DNA of 64,000 nucleotides from a virus, in IMG/VR virus record IMGVR_UViG_3300025874_000006, positions 74,352-138,351 of that record, one strand, 5' to 3'. A program made the position numbers and the translations under genes. Of this stretch, positions 29,972 through 38,572 are shown in pieces (within the stretch, counting starts at the first letter, position 1; every line of letters starts with the position of its first letter). The notes under the pieces are model-generated. The model saw only the letters and a list, made by a program, of their open reading frames with translations, was not told the origin of the DNA and searched no databases.

Positions 29972-30844
29972 CTATTGTAACAAAGCTTTGATTTCTTGAA
30001 CATCACTGTCCAAAGAATCAATTCTTGCATTAATTAAATCAATATCAGATTGAGTAACTATAGTTTCATCGTTTAAAGTGTAGTGTCCAAGAAGTTGAAC
30101 ACCGGATTCCTCAAGCACAAATCTATCATCATTGAGGTATTGTATCTTAAATCGACTATCATTGAAACCCATATGTTTAATGATAGTGTCGACACTGTTA
30201 TGATAGAATCGAGTTTCTTCGTTTGTCCCTACCGAGAATGAAAAGTGGTCATCCAAGATAAGGTCATTACCGAGCGAAACTCCGGTTGAGTTGTAGGCGG
30301 CAACCTGAATAACCTGTTCTTCGCTTACAATGTGGGTTAGGGATATACTATCCCCAGTATCCGCAACGTAGTCTATTCCTGGCTGGAGTAAGACACCGTT
30401 AAGGTATATTTGAATTCTTGAGGCGGTAGTTGAGTCTGGGTCGTACTGTAGTACATTACCTACGTCATCTGCCCCTGTTACTATTTCTAGTGTACCGTCC
30501 GAAGTATAGATGTAAGAGTTGAATGTGGTGGTAGCAGAGAGGTTGTCTGTTCCAGTACCAATCTCAACGATTGTTTGGATTCCCCCGTCATACTCTCTTT
30601 TTATATAGAGTTTACCATCTTGAGTGTTGATACCAATCTCACCAAGTTTCAACTCATCAATCGCTGGGATGTCACCGAGACCATCAAAAGTCTTGATGTT
30701 GCCTCGACCTCCGGATATTACACTACTAATAGGTCTCCCAAGAGTGACCCGTCTTACTTTAGTCGTACCGCTACCAACCCCACTAATTCTTTTAACTAGG
30801 GTTTCGCTTTCTGGGCCTGAGGTGGACACCTTCCTTATAGGCAT
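29972..30844 (-). CDS. Virion structural protein with fibre N-terminal-type motif
   Basis: ELKLGEIGINTQDGKLY motif typical of phage fibre head-of-stalk domains; IYLNGVLLQPGIDY domain. Confidence 0.65.
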   Translation of the reverse strand: MPIRKVSTSGPESETLVKRISGVGSGTTKVRRVTLGRPISSVISGGRGNIKTFDGLGDIPAIDELKLGEIGINTQDGKLYIKREYDGGIQTIVEIGTGTDNLSATTTFNSYIYTSDGTLEIVTGADDVGNVLQYDPDSTTASRIQIYLNGVLLQPGIDYVADTGDSISLTHIVSEEQVIQVAAYNSTGVSLGNDLILDDHFSFSVGTNEETRFYHNSVDTIIKHMGFNDSRFKIQYLNDDRFVLEESGVQLLGHYTLNDETIVTQSDIDLINARIDSLDSDVQEIKALLQ

Positions 30845-30851
30845 GGTATTA

Positions 30852-31208
30852 TTACCTTGTTACCGAAGGATTAACTTTTATTTTACCTTCCAACACTCTT
30901 TCTATAATAGTGTTGCCTTCTCCATCGACATAACTTATCTCGACATCATAGACATATCTACCACGAGCAGATAGTAAATCGGTTTGGAGGTTAGATAGGG
31001 ATATAGTAACGACACCACTTGTTGAGGGTTCTGCTACGATAGCAGTGAAATCAACAGTATTGTCGGCAGTGCTTTTGAAGGTTTTCTTCATTTTAGCAGC
31101 AACCGAATACCCAGTGAGGTCTTTTGTTGATTCGTCAGGGTCTACTAGTTCTATTTGCAAAGCAAAATCAGAACCCTGATCGATTGTGAAATCTTCGTAA
31201 GTCGCCAT
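30852..31208 (-). CDS. Small Ig-like baseplate/virion protein
   Basis: TIDQGSDF..DLTGYSVAAKMKK..GRYVYDVEI..RVLEGKIKVNPSVTR, a pattern common in marine T4-like phages; late promoter at 31249-31256. Confidence 0.7.
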   Translation of the reverse strand: MATYEDFTIDQGSDFALQIELVDPDESTKDLTGYSVAAKMKKTFKSTADNTVDFTAIVAEPSTSGVVTISLSNLQTDLLSARGRYVYDVEISYVDGEGNTIIERVLEGKIKVNPSVTR

Positions 31209-31248
31209 ATTCTTCAGAACCTTAAACCGTTTATAAATTGTCTTCCTA

Positions 31249-31256
31249 TATTTATA
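31249..31256 (-). promoter_or_regulatory. Late promoter
   Basis: Exact TATAAATA. Confidence 0.8.
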
Positions 31257-31285
31257 ACAGTTTAAGGCTTGAAGATAATGATATT

Positions 31286-31993
31286 TTATTCCGCAGAAGA
31301 GATATCTGCTAGAACCATCTCACGGAAATCTGCTGATTCGTCTGACCAGTCGAATACGTAAGATACTGTGCAACGCCAATCGTCTGTAGATGCAGCGTGA
31401 TACATTACTTTGTCTGACTCATCGTAATGTCCAAAGTATGCTGCTTTACAAGTCCACTTACCAGCTTCATCTTGACAACGTACCACTTCCTTTGTTTCAG
31501 GATGGATGTAGTCGAAGTAACCAGAACCATCTTCTGAGTAAGAGAAGATTAAGTTGAAGCCTGGAGCGTTAGCATTGTTGTGCCAAGAGATGAATCCACC
31601 TGGCGGATATACTGCTGCAAGAGCATTATGTTTAACGGATAAGAAGTTCATCATCTTATCGTTTAAGTCACGTAGGTGATGAGTCATGTCACGTTTGAAG
31701 ACAGGGTCAGCGTCCTTCTCAAACATTTGATGAGCACGGTCAGAAAGTTTGAAGTTGTAACCGACCAACTGGTCTGGGAAACCTTCGTGTTCTTTTCCTT
31801 GCCCAACAATCTCTTCCATGTGCACAGGGCCTACGTAAAAATTACGTTGACGTTTATGTTGTGCAGAAGTAAGGTGACAGTTTTCTTCAAAACCGTTTAT
31901 GGTATGCAACTTGGAGTATTCGTTTAGAATTTCAAGCAGTTCAGGGTTATTAACCTCAACATGCTTGAGATATTGGTCGTTTACCTGTGTCAT
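31286..31993 (-). CDS. 2OG-Fe(II) oxygenase-like protein
   Basis: YPPGGFISWHNNAN, distal His YHAAS, RCTVSY; HxN in place of the canonical HxD. Confidence 0.65.
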   Translation of the reverse strand: MTQVNDQYLKHVEVNNPELLEILNEYSKLHTINGFEENCHLTSAQHKRQRNFYVGPVHMEEIVGQGKEHEGFPDQLVGYNFKLSDRAHQMFEKDADPVFKRDMTHHLRDLNDKMMNFLSVKHNALAAVYPPGGFISWHNNANAPGFNLIFSYSEDGSGYFDYIHPETKEVVRCQDEAGKWTCKAAYFGHYDESDKVMYHAASTDDWRCTVSYVFDWSDESADFREMVLADISSAE

Positions 31994-32742
31994 ACGATTG
32001 GAGTATCCTTATTTAAACCTGCTGAGAAGTGACGTATAATCACTGGGCCCGTTTCAGGTTTTGTGATCGCCCAGTTAAGAGCGTTATAATAGTTCCACCT
32101 CAAGTCGTCATCGAAGATACCAACCTTGAGATCCTTATATTTTTCTTCTTTGTTGGTCAACCACCAGAGAGAGAACTGATCCCAAGACTTGAGACTGTCC
32201 GCATATCCTTTTGGCCACCAAGTATCGTTCATTTGTCTGAACGTTAAGTCCCACCAGTCATCCATGAATTCACGGACAATCGGTTTAGACATATCATATA
32301 AACAGACAGCACCACATAATGTGAATTTAGAAACTCCCTCTGGAGTATCAAAATCTCTTTCCGCGTAAATATAGTCACGGTCATCTGTAAGGGCGGTGAA
32401 TACCACATCGTGGTCTTTCATCTCATCCCATACCTTGGTGATGTCTTCATGCTCAACTTCCATGTCAGCATCAATATACATCGTTATATCGTATGGTGTT
32501 TTTGCCATACCATACAACTTAGCGCGATAGTGGTCGTCACATAATATAATATCATCCGCAACGTCGCGACCACGGTCATCTAGGAACCTTTCTTCAGTTA
32601 CTAGACATATTTTACAATCGTCTTCTGGTTCATAGTAATCTCTTAGAGACTCTGCCAGATTGATTGCATACAAGTAAAAGTTGCGTTTCTTAGACGCAAC
32701 GATTATAAATCCTTTACTCTTTTCCATCTGTCTCGGCCTCAA
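31990..32742 (-). CDS. Glycosyltransferase-like protein (GT-A fold, DxD)
   Basis: TPYDITMYIDADM, WDQFSLW, WNY..IIRHF; resembles GT8-type nucleotide-sugar transferases. Confidence 0.7.
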   Translation of the reverse strand: MRPRQMEKSKGFIIVASKKRNFYLYAINLAESLRDYYEPEDDCKICLVTEERFLDDRGRDVADDIILCDDHYRAKLYGMAKTPYDITMYIDADMEVEHEDITKVWDEMKDHDVVFTALTDDRDYIYAERDFDTPEGVSKFTLCGAVCLYDMSKPIVREFMDDWWDLTFRQMNDTWWPKGYADSLKSWDQFSLWWLTNKEEKYKDLKVGIFDDDLRWNYYNALNWAITKPETGPVIIRHFSAGLNKDTPIV

Positions 32743-33181
32743 GCTGAAGTTGGTCTTGTAAAATCATAATTGACCACATGTCCACTTCAATCCTTGATTT
32801 TGCCCGGCGCAACTTTGCCTTCAACTTACGGTTCTTAGAGTTTTTAATCTCTTCAACTTCAAATGCTTCCAACTTATAGTTGAATAACTTCTCAAGCTTT
32901 CGTGCCTTTTGATGTTCATCTTCACGAATTTTTTCTTCTTCAACTTGTGCCTTCTTACGGACAACCCTATCTGTAGTTTCCCTATCGACAGCGTCTTCAC
33001 CCAAGGCATCAATTACTTCATTGAATAATTCGTTCTCACTACCGTCCTTATCGTGACGATGTAAAAACATCTGTTGGCGTGTAACTCGACCAACGTCATC
33101 TTCAAGTTCTAGGATACAGTTCAGTTCTTTCTTTTCTTCTGTTTCCCAGAATGCATTATCCATCCACTGCTTACGACTCAT
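32714..33181 (-). CDS. Hypothetical protein
   Basis: 155-aa charged helical ORF overlapping the start of the GT-like gene. Confidence 0.75.
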   Translation of the reverse strand: MSRKQWMDNAFWETEEKKELNCILELEDDVGRVTRQQMFLHRHDKDGSENELFNEVIDALGEDAVDRETTDRVVRKKAQVEEEKIREDEHQKARKLEKLFNYKLEAFEVEEIKNSKNRKLKAKLRRAKSRIEVDMWSIMILQDQLQLEAETDGKE

Positions 33182-33228
33182 TAAATATCTCCAGAGAGTT
33201 CAATTCAAATTATAATGTATATAGTGTT

Positions 33229-33268
33229 GAGATAAGTGGGTCAAATGAATGACCCACCGTTCTATCTC
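33229..33268 (-). other. Intergenic hairpin between the repeat-fibre gene and the downstream enzyme genes
   Basis: GTGGGTCA-TTCATT-TGACCCAC core, extended by GAGATA/TATCTC; no U tract. Confidence 0.55.
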
Positions 33269-33291
33269 ATATTATACCACAGTACAGTCGA

Positions 33292-36200
33292 TTAAGCAAC
33301 CCGTACGTATAAGGTATATGTTTCTGGGGTGTCGAATGACGTTCCACTAATCGTCTCACCGGCATAATTACCAGTGAATGAACGAGAGTAATTACCAGCG
33401 AAGTCATTGTTATAGTTTCCACCGAATGTACGAGAGTAGTTACCCACGAAGTCACCAGCATATGCAGATGCACGATTGCGAGAGTAAACACCAGTATATG
33501 ATGAATTACGTATTCTTGCGTAAGCTGATACGCGAACTCTAGCGTAATCACCAACGTAATCAGTGGAGAATGTGCCAGCATACTCACCAACAAATCCACG
33601 TGAATAGTTTCCTACAAAGTCACCTGTGTAATCGCGAGTGTAATTACCAATGTAATCACCAGTGAAGGTGGTTGCATAATTACCAGTGAAGTTACCTACA
33701 TATTCGCGAGAATACGTTCCTACGTAGTCACGTGAGTAGTTACCAGTGAATGTATTGGAATATGTTCCACTATATTGACCAGAGAAGTCACGTGAGTAGT
33801 TACCAATGTAGTTACCACCAAATGCACGAGTGTAAGTACCAGCATAAGCTCCAGCATACTCACCAACAAACGTTCGGTTATAGGTACCAGTGTACTCACC
33901 AGTAAAGCCGCGGGAGTAGTTGCCTACGTACTGACCAGAGAATTCACGTGAGTAGTTACCAATGTAGTTACCACCAAAGTCACCAACGTAATTACCGACA
34001 AAGTTGCCAGCGAAGTCACGAGCATAATCCCCCGCGAAAGTACGGGAGTAATTACCGGCAAAGTCACCTGCGAAATCAGTTATACGGTCACGAGAGTATG
34101 TTGATGCTCGGTTATTCACATATGAAGACACACGAGTGGTAATATATGCGGAGTAACGAGTACGAGCAGAGGCACGGGTATACTCACCAATGAAGTCTCC
34201 GGCATACTCACCCGCAAATCCACGTGCGTAGTCACCAACAAAATCACCAGCAAAACCACGAGCATAATTACCTACGAAGTTCCCACCGAAGTTAGTTACT
34301 CGGTCTCTAGTGAATGCACCAGAATAGTCTGTAATGCGAGTACGTGCGTAAGATGAAGAACGATTGAGAATAGAGTCACGAGTACTTGTGCGAGCATAGT
34401 TACCTACGAAGTCGCCAGCATAGTAACCGACACGAGTATAGTTACCAGTGTTGGTAAATGTCTGAACACGGTTACGGGTATATGCAGCTGCATAGTTGCC
34501 AGTGTAGTATAATGTGCGAGTATAGTAACCAGTATTTGTAGAAGTACGAGTACTTGTACGAGCATAAGCTCCATTATAAGTGCCAGTGCGGGTACGAGCA
34601 TAGTCACCGACATAGTACAATGTCGCTGCACGGTTGCGAGAATAGTCACCAGCGTATGAGAACGCACGGTTACGAGTGTAGTTACCAGTATAGGTGGCAC
34701 CACGAGTACGAGCATAGTCACCAGCGAAGTTACCAGTAAAGTTAGTTACACGGTCACGTGAGTAGTTACCAGTATATGACGCGGCACGAGTACGACTATA
34801 GTCACCAACAAAGTTGCCAGTATATACGGTTGCACGATTACGTGAGTAATTACCTACATATGAGAATGCGCGGTTACGACCATAGTTACCAGTATAGGTG
34901 GCACCACGAGTACGGCCATAATTACCAGCATAGTATAAAGTGCGAGTGTAGTTACCAGTATATGACGCGGCACGAGTACGACCATAGTTACCAGTATAGG
35001 TGGCACCACGAGTACGAGAATAGTCACCAACGTAGTACGCTGTTACGGTGTTACTAACATAGTTACCAATGTAGTTACCAGCAAAGTTGCCAGTAAAGTT
35101 GCCAGCATAACTACCACCGCCGGGAGGAGTCGTTCCGAATCCAGTACCCCAATAATAAGAATATGCGGCCGCATAATTAGTATCCCTATAGTAAGTATTT
35201 GAACCATATGGGTTAGCAACTACAACGGATGTTACTAAAAGGGCATCAGAATAATGACTGAAGTACTGACTATATCTCAGGTATCCACCAATGTGTATCT
35301 TAAGCGTACCTGAGTTATTTGTTGAAGCGAAAACTTCCCAAGATGTGCCTGGGTTGGTCGATGAGTTACCAGTATATGCATATTGACCATTAGTACCACC
35401 AGTCGTAGACGTGCGAGTAGAAGTACGAGTACTTGTACGAGAATAGGTAGTAGATCTAGTGTAATATGAAGTTGCGCCTACACGAGTTCGACCATAGTTA
35501 CCAACGTAAGAAGCAGCCCGGTTACGAGAATAGTCACCAACGTAAGAAGCAGCACGTGCACGAGTATATGTTCCAGTACCTGTCCCAGTTCTTGCGTAAT
35601 CACCAACGTAAGACGCAGTACGGTTACGAGAATAGTTACCGGCATAAGAACCAGTACGAGTGCGACCATAGTTACCTACGAAGTCACCAGTGTAGTTTGT
35701 TACACGAGTTCGACCATAGTTACCAACGTAAGAAGCAGCCCGGTTACGAGAATAGTTACCTACGAAGTTACCGGCATAGTCTGTTACACGAGTTCGACCA
35801 TAGTTACCAACATAAGATGCACCACGTGCACGAGTATATGTTCCACCATAAGTGCCAGTACGAGTTCGACCATAGTTACCAGTGTAAGTGACACCAGTGG
35901 TACTTGTGCGAGCGTAGTTACCCACGTATGAGAATGCACGTTGACGAGCATAGTTACCTACGAAGTCGCCTGCATAGTACAATGTACGAGAGTATGCTGG
36001 AGTAGCAGAGTAGTCCGCTGAATAGTTACGAGCATAGTTGCCGGTAAAGTCACCAACATAATATAGTGTACGAGTGTAGTTTAGTGTACGAGTAGAAGTT
36101 CTAGTAGAAGTTCTTGCGTATTCGCCTACGAAGTCACCGATATAGTTACCAACAAAGTTTCTTGCGTAGTCACCTACGAAGTCGCCAGTAAAGTTACGAG

Positions 36201-37956
36201 CGTAATTACCTACGAAGTTACCAGCAAAGTCAGTTACACGGTCACGTGCATATGCAGAGTAACGTGTGCGTGTTGATGTGCGAGCATAAGCTGAGTAACG
36301 AGTTCTAGCAGAAGCGCGAGTAGAAACACGAGCGTAGTCACCGATAAAGTCTCCGGCAAAAGCACGAGAATAGTTGCCTTCGAAATTTCGTGAATAATCA
36401 CCCACGAAAGTCCTTGCATAGTTACCTACAAAGTTGCCAGCAAAGTTAGTAACACGATTGCGGGTGTATGCAGATACTCTAGCGCGAGAGAAGACCCCTG
36501 CGAAGTTAGTTACACGATCACGAGAATATTCGGTGATGCGTGTACGAGTATAGTCTAGTGAATAAGAAGAAGTTCTTGTACGACTATAAGTGCCTGCATA
36601 AGCAGACCCACGAGTGCGAGAATAAGTCCCCGCATAAGCAGATACTCGGTTACGTGTATAAGTGCCACTATATGTTCCGGCATATGAAGAAACTCGTATG
36701 CGAGTGTAATCAGCGGAATAGGTTGAAGCACGAGTGCGTGAATATTCACCTGTGTATGTTGATACTCGGCCTCGTGTATAAGAAGATGGACGATTACGAG
36801 AATAAATTCCACTAAAGTAACTTACACGGTCGCGGGTATATGTTGATACACGTGCACGACTATAAGTTCCAGTAAAAGTTGCAGCGAAAGCAGTCAATCG
36901 ATTACGTGAGTAAGTTGAATTACGGGTGCGTGAGTAAGTTCCAGCGAAAGTTGAGTTACGTGTTCTTGTATACTCTCCGGTAAAGTCACGGGAGTAATTA
37001 CCTCCAAAGTCACGCGAATATACACCAGTGTACTCGCCTACAAATTCACGAGAGAAGTCTGCAATACGATTAGTGGTGTAAGAAGAAACTCGGTCACGGG
37101 TATAGGCTGATACTCTAGTACGCACATACGCAGATGCACGAGTACGTGAGTAATCGGCAGTAACGATTGAACGTTGAGTATTCTCAGCAGAACCACGTGG
37201 GGCCCATGTACCGGATGAAGTTGGAACACCTTGTGCAGATGAACGCAACTGGTATGAACCAATTTCACCTGCTGTCGCTCGAAGGGATTTAGCACGTTGA
37301 CCAAGAGTGTACTTGATCTCTGCGTCTGACATTTCTTTTAGACCATTAAACGATGAGGTACCGTCATAATCGGTCGCAACTGGACGAACTGTTGTAACAC
37401 CAGCTGGTGGCGTCGCAAGAGTAACTCTTTTCCAGATATGATAATTTACTGACGTACCGTCTCCCAGAGTATTGGAAAACACAGTATCAATGTGTTTAGC
37501 CCAGTCACCGCCTGGGGATGTGACAGAAAGTTCGAATGCACCTTGAAGACCTAAAGTCTCTAGATTTTTTAGTGCACGGTTGGTTAAGTTATCCAAATCT
37601 GCGTCTACCATTTCGTAGAAGCCTGGGTTTGGTTCAACTTCGTAATAACCGACAGGACGGACAAAATCAGTACCAGTTTCACTTGCAGAACCACCTACCT
37701 GTTTAAGGGTAGTAGTTACTGTAGTACCTGTGATGTTTGACAACGGGTGAGTACCCTCTGGTTCATTGTAGTACGTATCTACATATGAACCGATGCTAAC
37801 ACCATCAGTTAAACTGATATCACCGACATCACCAGCAGAGGCCTCTGCTAGTGCTTCGCCCACCTTTACAGCGAGATACATCTCTTCTGTAGGTGTTAAT
37901 TCCTGTAGGTCACCATTAGCATTTTTAATTTTTAGTGGTATACTAGATGCTGACAC
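33292..37956 (-). CDS. 1554-aa Tyr/Arg/Gly tetrad-repeat protein; predicted self-pairing long beta-hairpin fibre
   Basis: 268-aa N-domain, 585-aa repeat arm, 96-aa core, 585-aa repeat arm, 20-aa tail; own late promoter at 38007-38014. Confidence 0.85.
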   Translation of the reverse strand: MSASSIPLKIKNANGDLQELTPTEEMYLAVKVGEALAEASAGDVGDISLTDGVSIGSYVDTYYNEPEGTHPLSNITGTTVTTTLKQVGGSASETGTDFVRPVGYYEVEPNPGFYEMVDADLDNLTNRALKNLETLGLQGAFELSVTSPGGDWAKHIDTVFSNTLGDGTSVNYHIWKRVTLATPPAGVTTVRPVATDYDGTSSFNGLKEMSDAEIKYTLGQRAKSLRATAGEIGSYQLRSSAQGVPTSSGTWAPRGSAENTQRSIVTADYSRTRASAYVRTRVSAYTRDRVSSYTTNRIADFSREFVGEYTGVYSRDFGGNYSRDFTGEYTRTRNSTFAGTYSRTRNSTYSRNRLTAFAATFTGTYSRARVSTYTRDRVSYFSGIYSRNRPSSYTRGRVSTYTGEYSRTRASTYSADYTRIRVSSYAGTYSGTYTRNRVSAYAGTYSRTRGSAYAGTYSRTRTSSYSLDYTRTRITEYSRDRVTNFAGVFSRARVSAYTRNRVTNFAGNFVGNYARTFVGDYSRNFEGNYSRAFAGDFIGDYARVSTRASARTRYSAYARTSTRTRYSAYARDRVTDFAGNFVGNYARNFTGDFVGDYARNFVGNYIGDFVGEYARTSTRTSTRTLNYTRTLYYVGDFTGNYARNYSADYSATPAYSRTLYYAGDFVGNYARQRAFSYVGNYARTSTTGVTYTGNYGRTRTGTYGGTYTRARGASYVGNYGRTRVTDYAGNFVGNYSRNRAASYVGNYGRTRVTNYTGDFVGNYGRTRTGSYAGNYSRNRTASYVGDYARTGTGTGTYTRARAASYVGDYSRNRAASYVGNYGRTRVGATSYYTRSTTYSRTSTRTSTRTSTTGGTNGQYAYTGNSSTNPGTSWEVFASTNNSGTLKIHIGGYLRYSQYFSHYSDALLVTSVVVANPYGSNTYYRDTNYAAAYSYYWGTGFGTTPPGGGSYAGNFTGNFAGNYIGNYVSNTVTAYYVGDYSRTRGATYTGNYGRTRAASYTGNYTRTLYYAGNYGRTRGATYTGNYGRNRAFSYVGNYSRNRATVYTGNFVGDYSRTRAASYTGNYSRDRVTNFTGNFAGDYARTRGATYTGNYTRNRAFSYAGDYSRNRAATLYYVGDYARTRTGTYNGAYARTSTRTSTNTGYYTRTLYYTGNYAAAYTRNRVQTFTNTGNYTRVGYYAGDFVGNYARTSTRDSILNRSSSYARTRITDYSGAFTRDRVTNFGGNFVGNYARGFAGDFVGDYARGFAGEYAGDFIGEYTRASARTRYSAYITTRVSSYVNNRASTYSRDRITDFAGDFAGNYSRTFAGDYARDFAGNFVGNYVGDFGGNYIGNYSREFSGQYVGNYSRGFTGEYTGTYNRTFVGEYAGAYAGTYTRAFGGNYIGNYSRDFSGQYSGTYSNTFTGNYSRDYVGTYSREYVGNFTGNYATTFTGDYIGNYTRDYTGDFVGNYSRGFVGEYAGTFSTDYVGDYARVRVSAYARIRNSSYTGVYSRNRASAYAGDFVGNYSRTFGGNYNNDFAGNYSRSFTGNYAGETISGTSFDTPETYTLYVRVA
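33355..35109 (-). repeat. C-terminal repeat arm (585 aa of 4-residue units)
   Basis: Units such as YAGN FTGN YSRT RGAT; degenerate 12/24/36-bp DNA repeats. Confidence 0.9.
35398..37152 (-). repeat. N-terminal repeat arm (585 aa of 4-residue units)
   Basis: Units such as YSRT RASA YVRT RVSA FVGE. Confidence 0.9.
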
Positions 37957-38006
37957 AATATCGTCTCTCTTTAGCTAAAGTTAAATTTAAGGTTAATGAC
38001 GTAGTT

Positions 38007-38014
38007 TATTTATA
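38007..38014 (-). promoter_or_regulatory. Late promoter for the repeat-fibre gene
   Basis: Exact TATAAATA. Confidence 0.85.
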
Positions 38015-38015
38015 A

Positions 38016-38056
38016 TAAAAAAAATGTGCATAAACCAAGTCTATACACATTTTGTC
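38016..38056 (-). terminator. AT-rich terminator after the chaperone gene
   Basis: AAAATGTGTAT...ATGCACATTTT stem running into a T tract. Confidence 0.55.
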
Positions 38057-38082
38057 AAATATCTTTAATTAATATATTTTGT

Positions 38083-38562
38083 TTAAATATCTAATGTTGG
38101 CCATACAACATCATCTAAAGAACCTACTATTGACATATCCAAAGTCTCTGTGATATCACGCAATTCTTGTCTATACGACATGATGGTTTGTCGTTCTTCT
38201 TCTGTAAAGGGAGAATCGACAACAAGCATCCAATCAGTCTCTATGATTTTTTGGTTGCGGACAAATCGTATTTCGTTAACAATATGTTCTATGTCCCATA
38301 CCCATTCACCGTTTTCCCACGTAGCGTATACATTTGGTTTTGGTGGAACCTCAATAAACATCTGGTCATCTTCGTCCCAGACGCGAGTATTCATGAACTC
38401 CATCTCGCTAAGGCCTTCCAAATCCCAAATCCTATGAACTAGTCTATCATCGTCTACGGAATGACCGTCTTCCGGATACATTCCATTATCCATGTCGGTT
38501 CTTACGATTACGCCTGCTTCTGTATGTATGGCGACTTTAGGGTGCATCTTATATCTCTCCAA
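38083..38562 (-). CDS. Tail fibre assembly chaperone-like protein
   Basis: C-terminal IRFVRNQKIIETDWM..DSP..YRQELRDIT..VVWPT motif of phage tail assembly chaperones. Confidence 0.85.
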   Translation of the reverse strand: MERYKMHPKVAIHTEAGVIVRTDMDNGMYPEDGHSVDDDRLVHRIWDLEGLSEMEFMNTRVWDEDDQMFIEVPPKPNVYATWENGEWVWDIEHIVNEIRFVRNQKIIETDWMLVVDSPFTEEERQTIMSYRQELRDITETLDMSIVGSLDDVVWPTLDI

Positions 38563-38572
38563 TTAATAAATT

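Noticed and set aside
33355-37152. DNA-level inverted repeat or sense-antisense coding as the cause of the mirrored protein arms
   Set aside because: The reverse complement of arm 2 codons (e.g. for FAGN) does not match arm 1 codons (e.g. for RVSA) in spot checks, so the symmetry is visible only in the protein.
33355-37152. CRISPR-like array
   Set aside because: Repeats are degenerate multiples of 12 bp inside one open reading frame with third-position variation; there is no fixed repeat with unique spacers and no cas gene.
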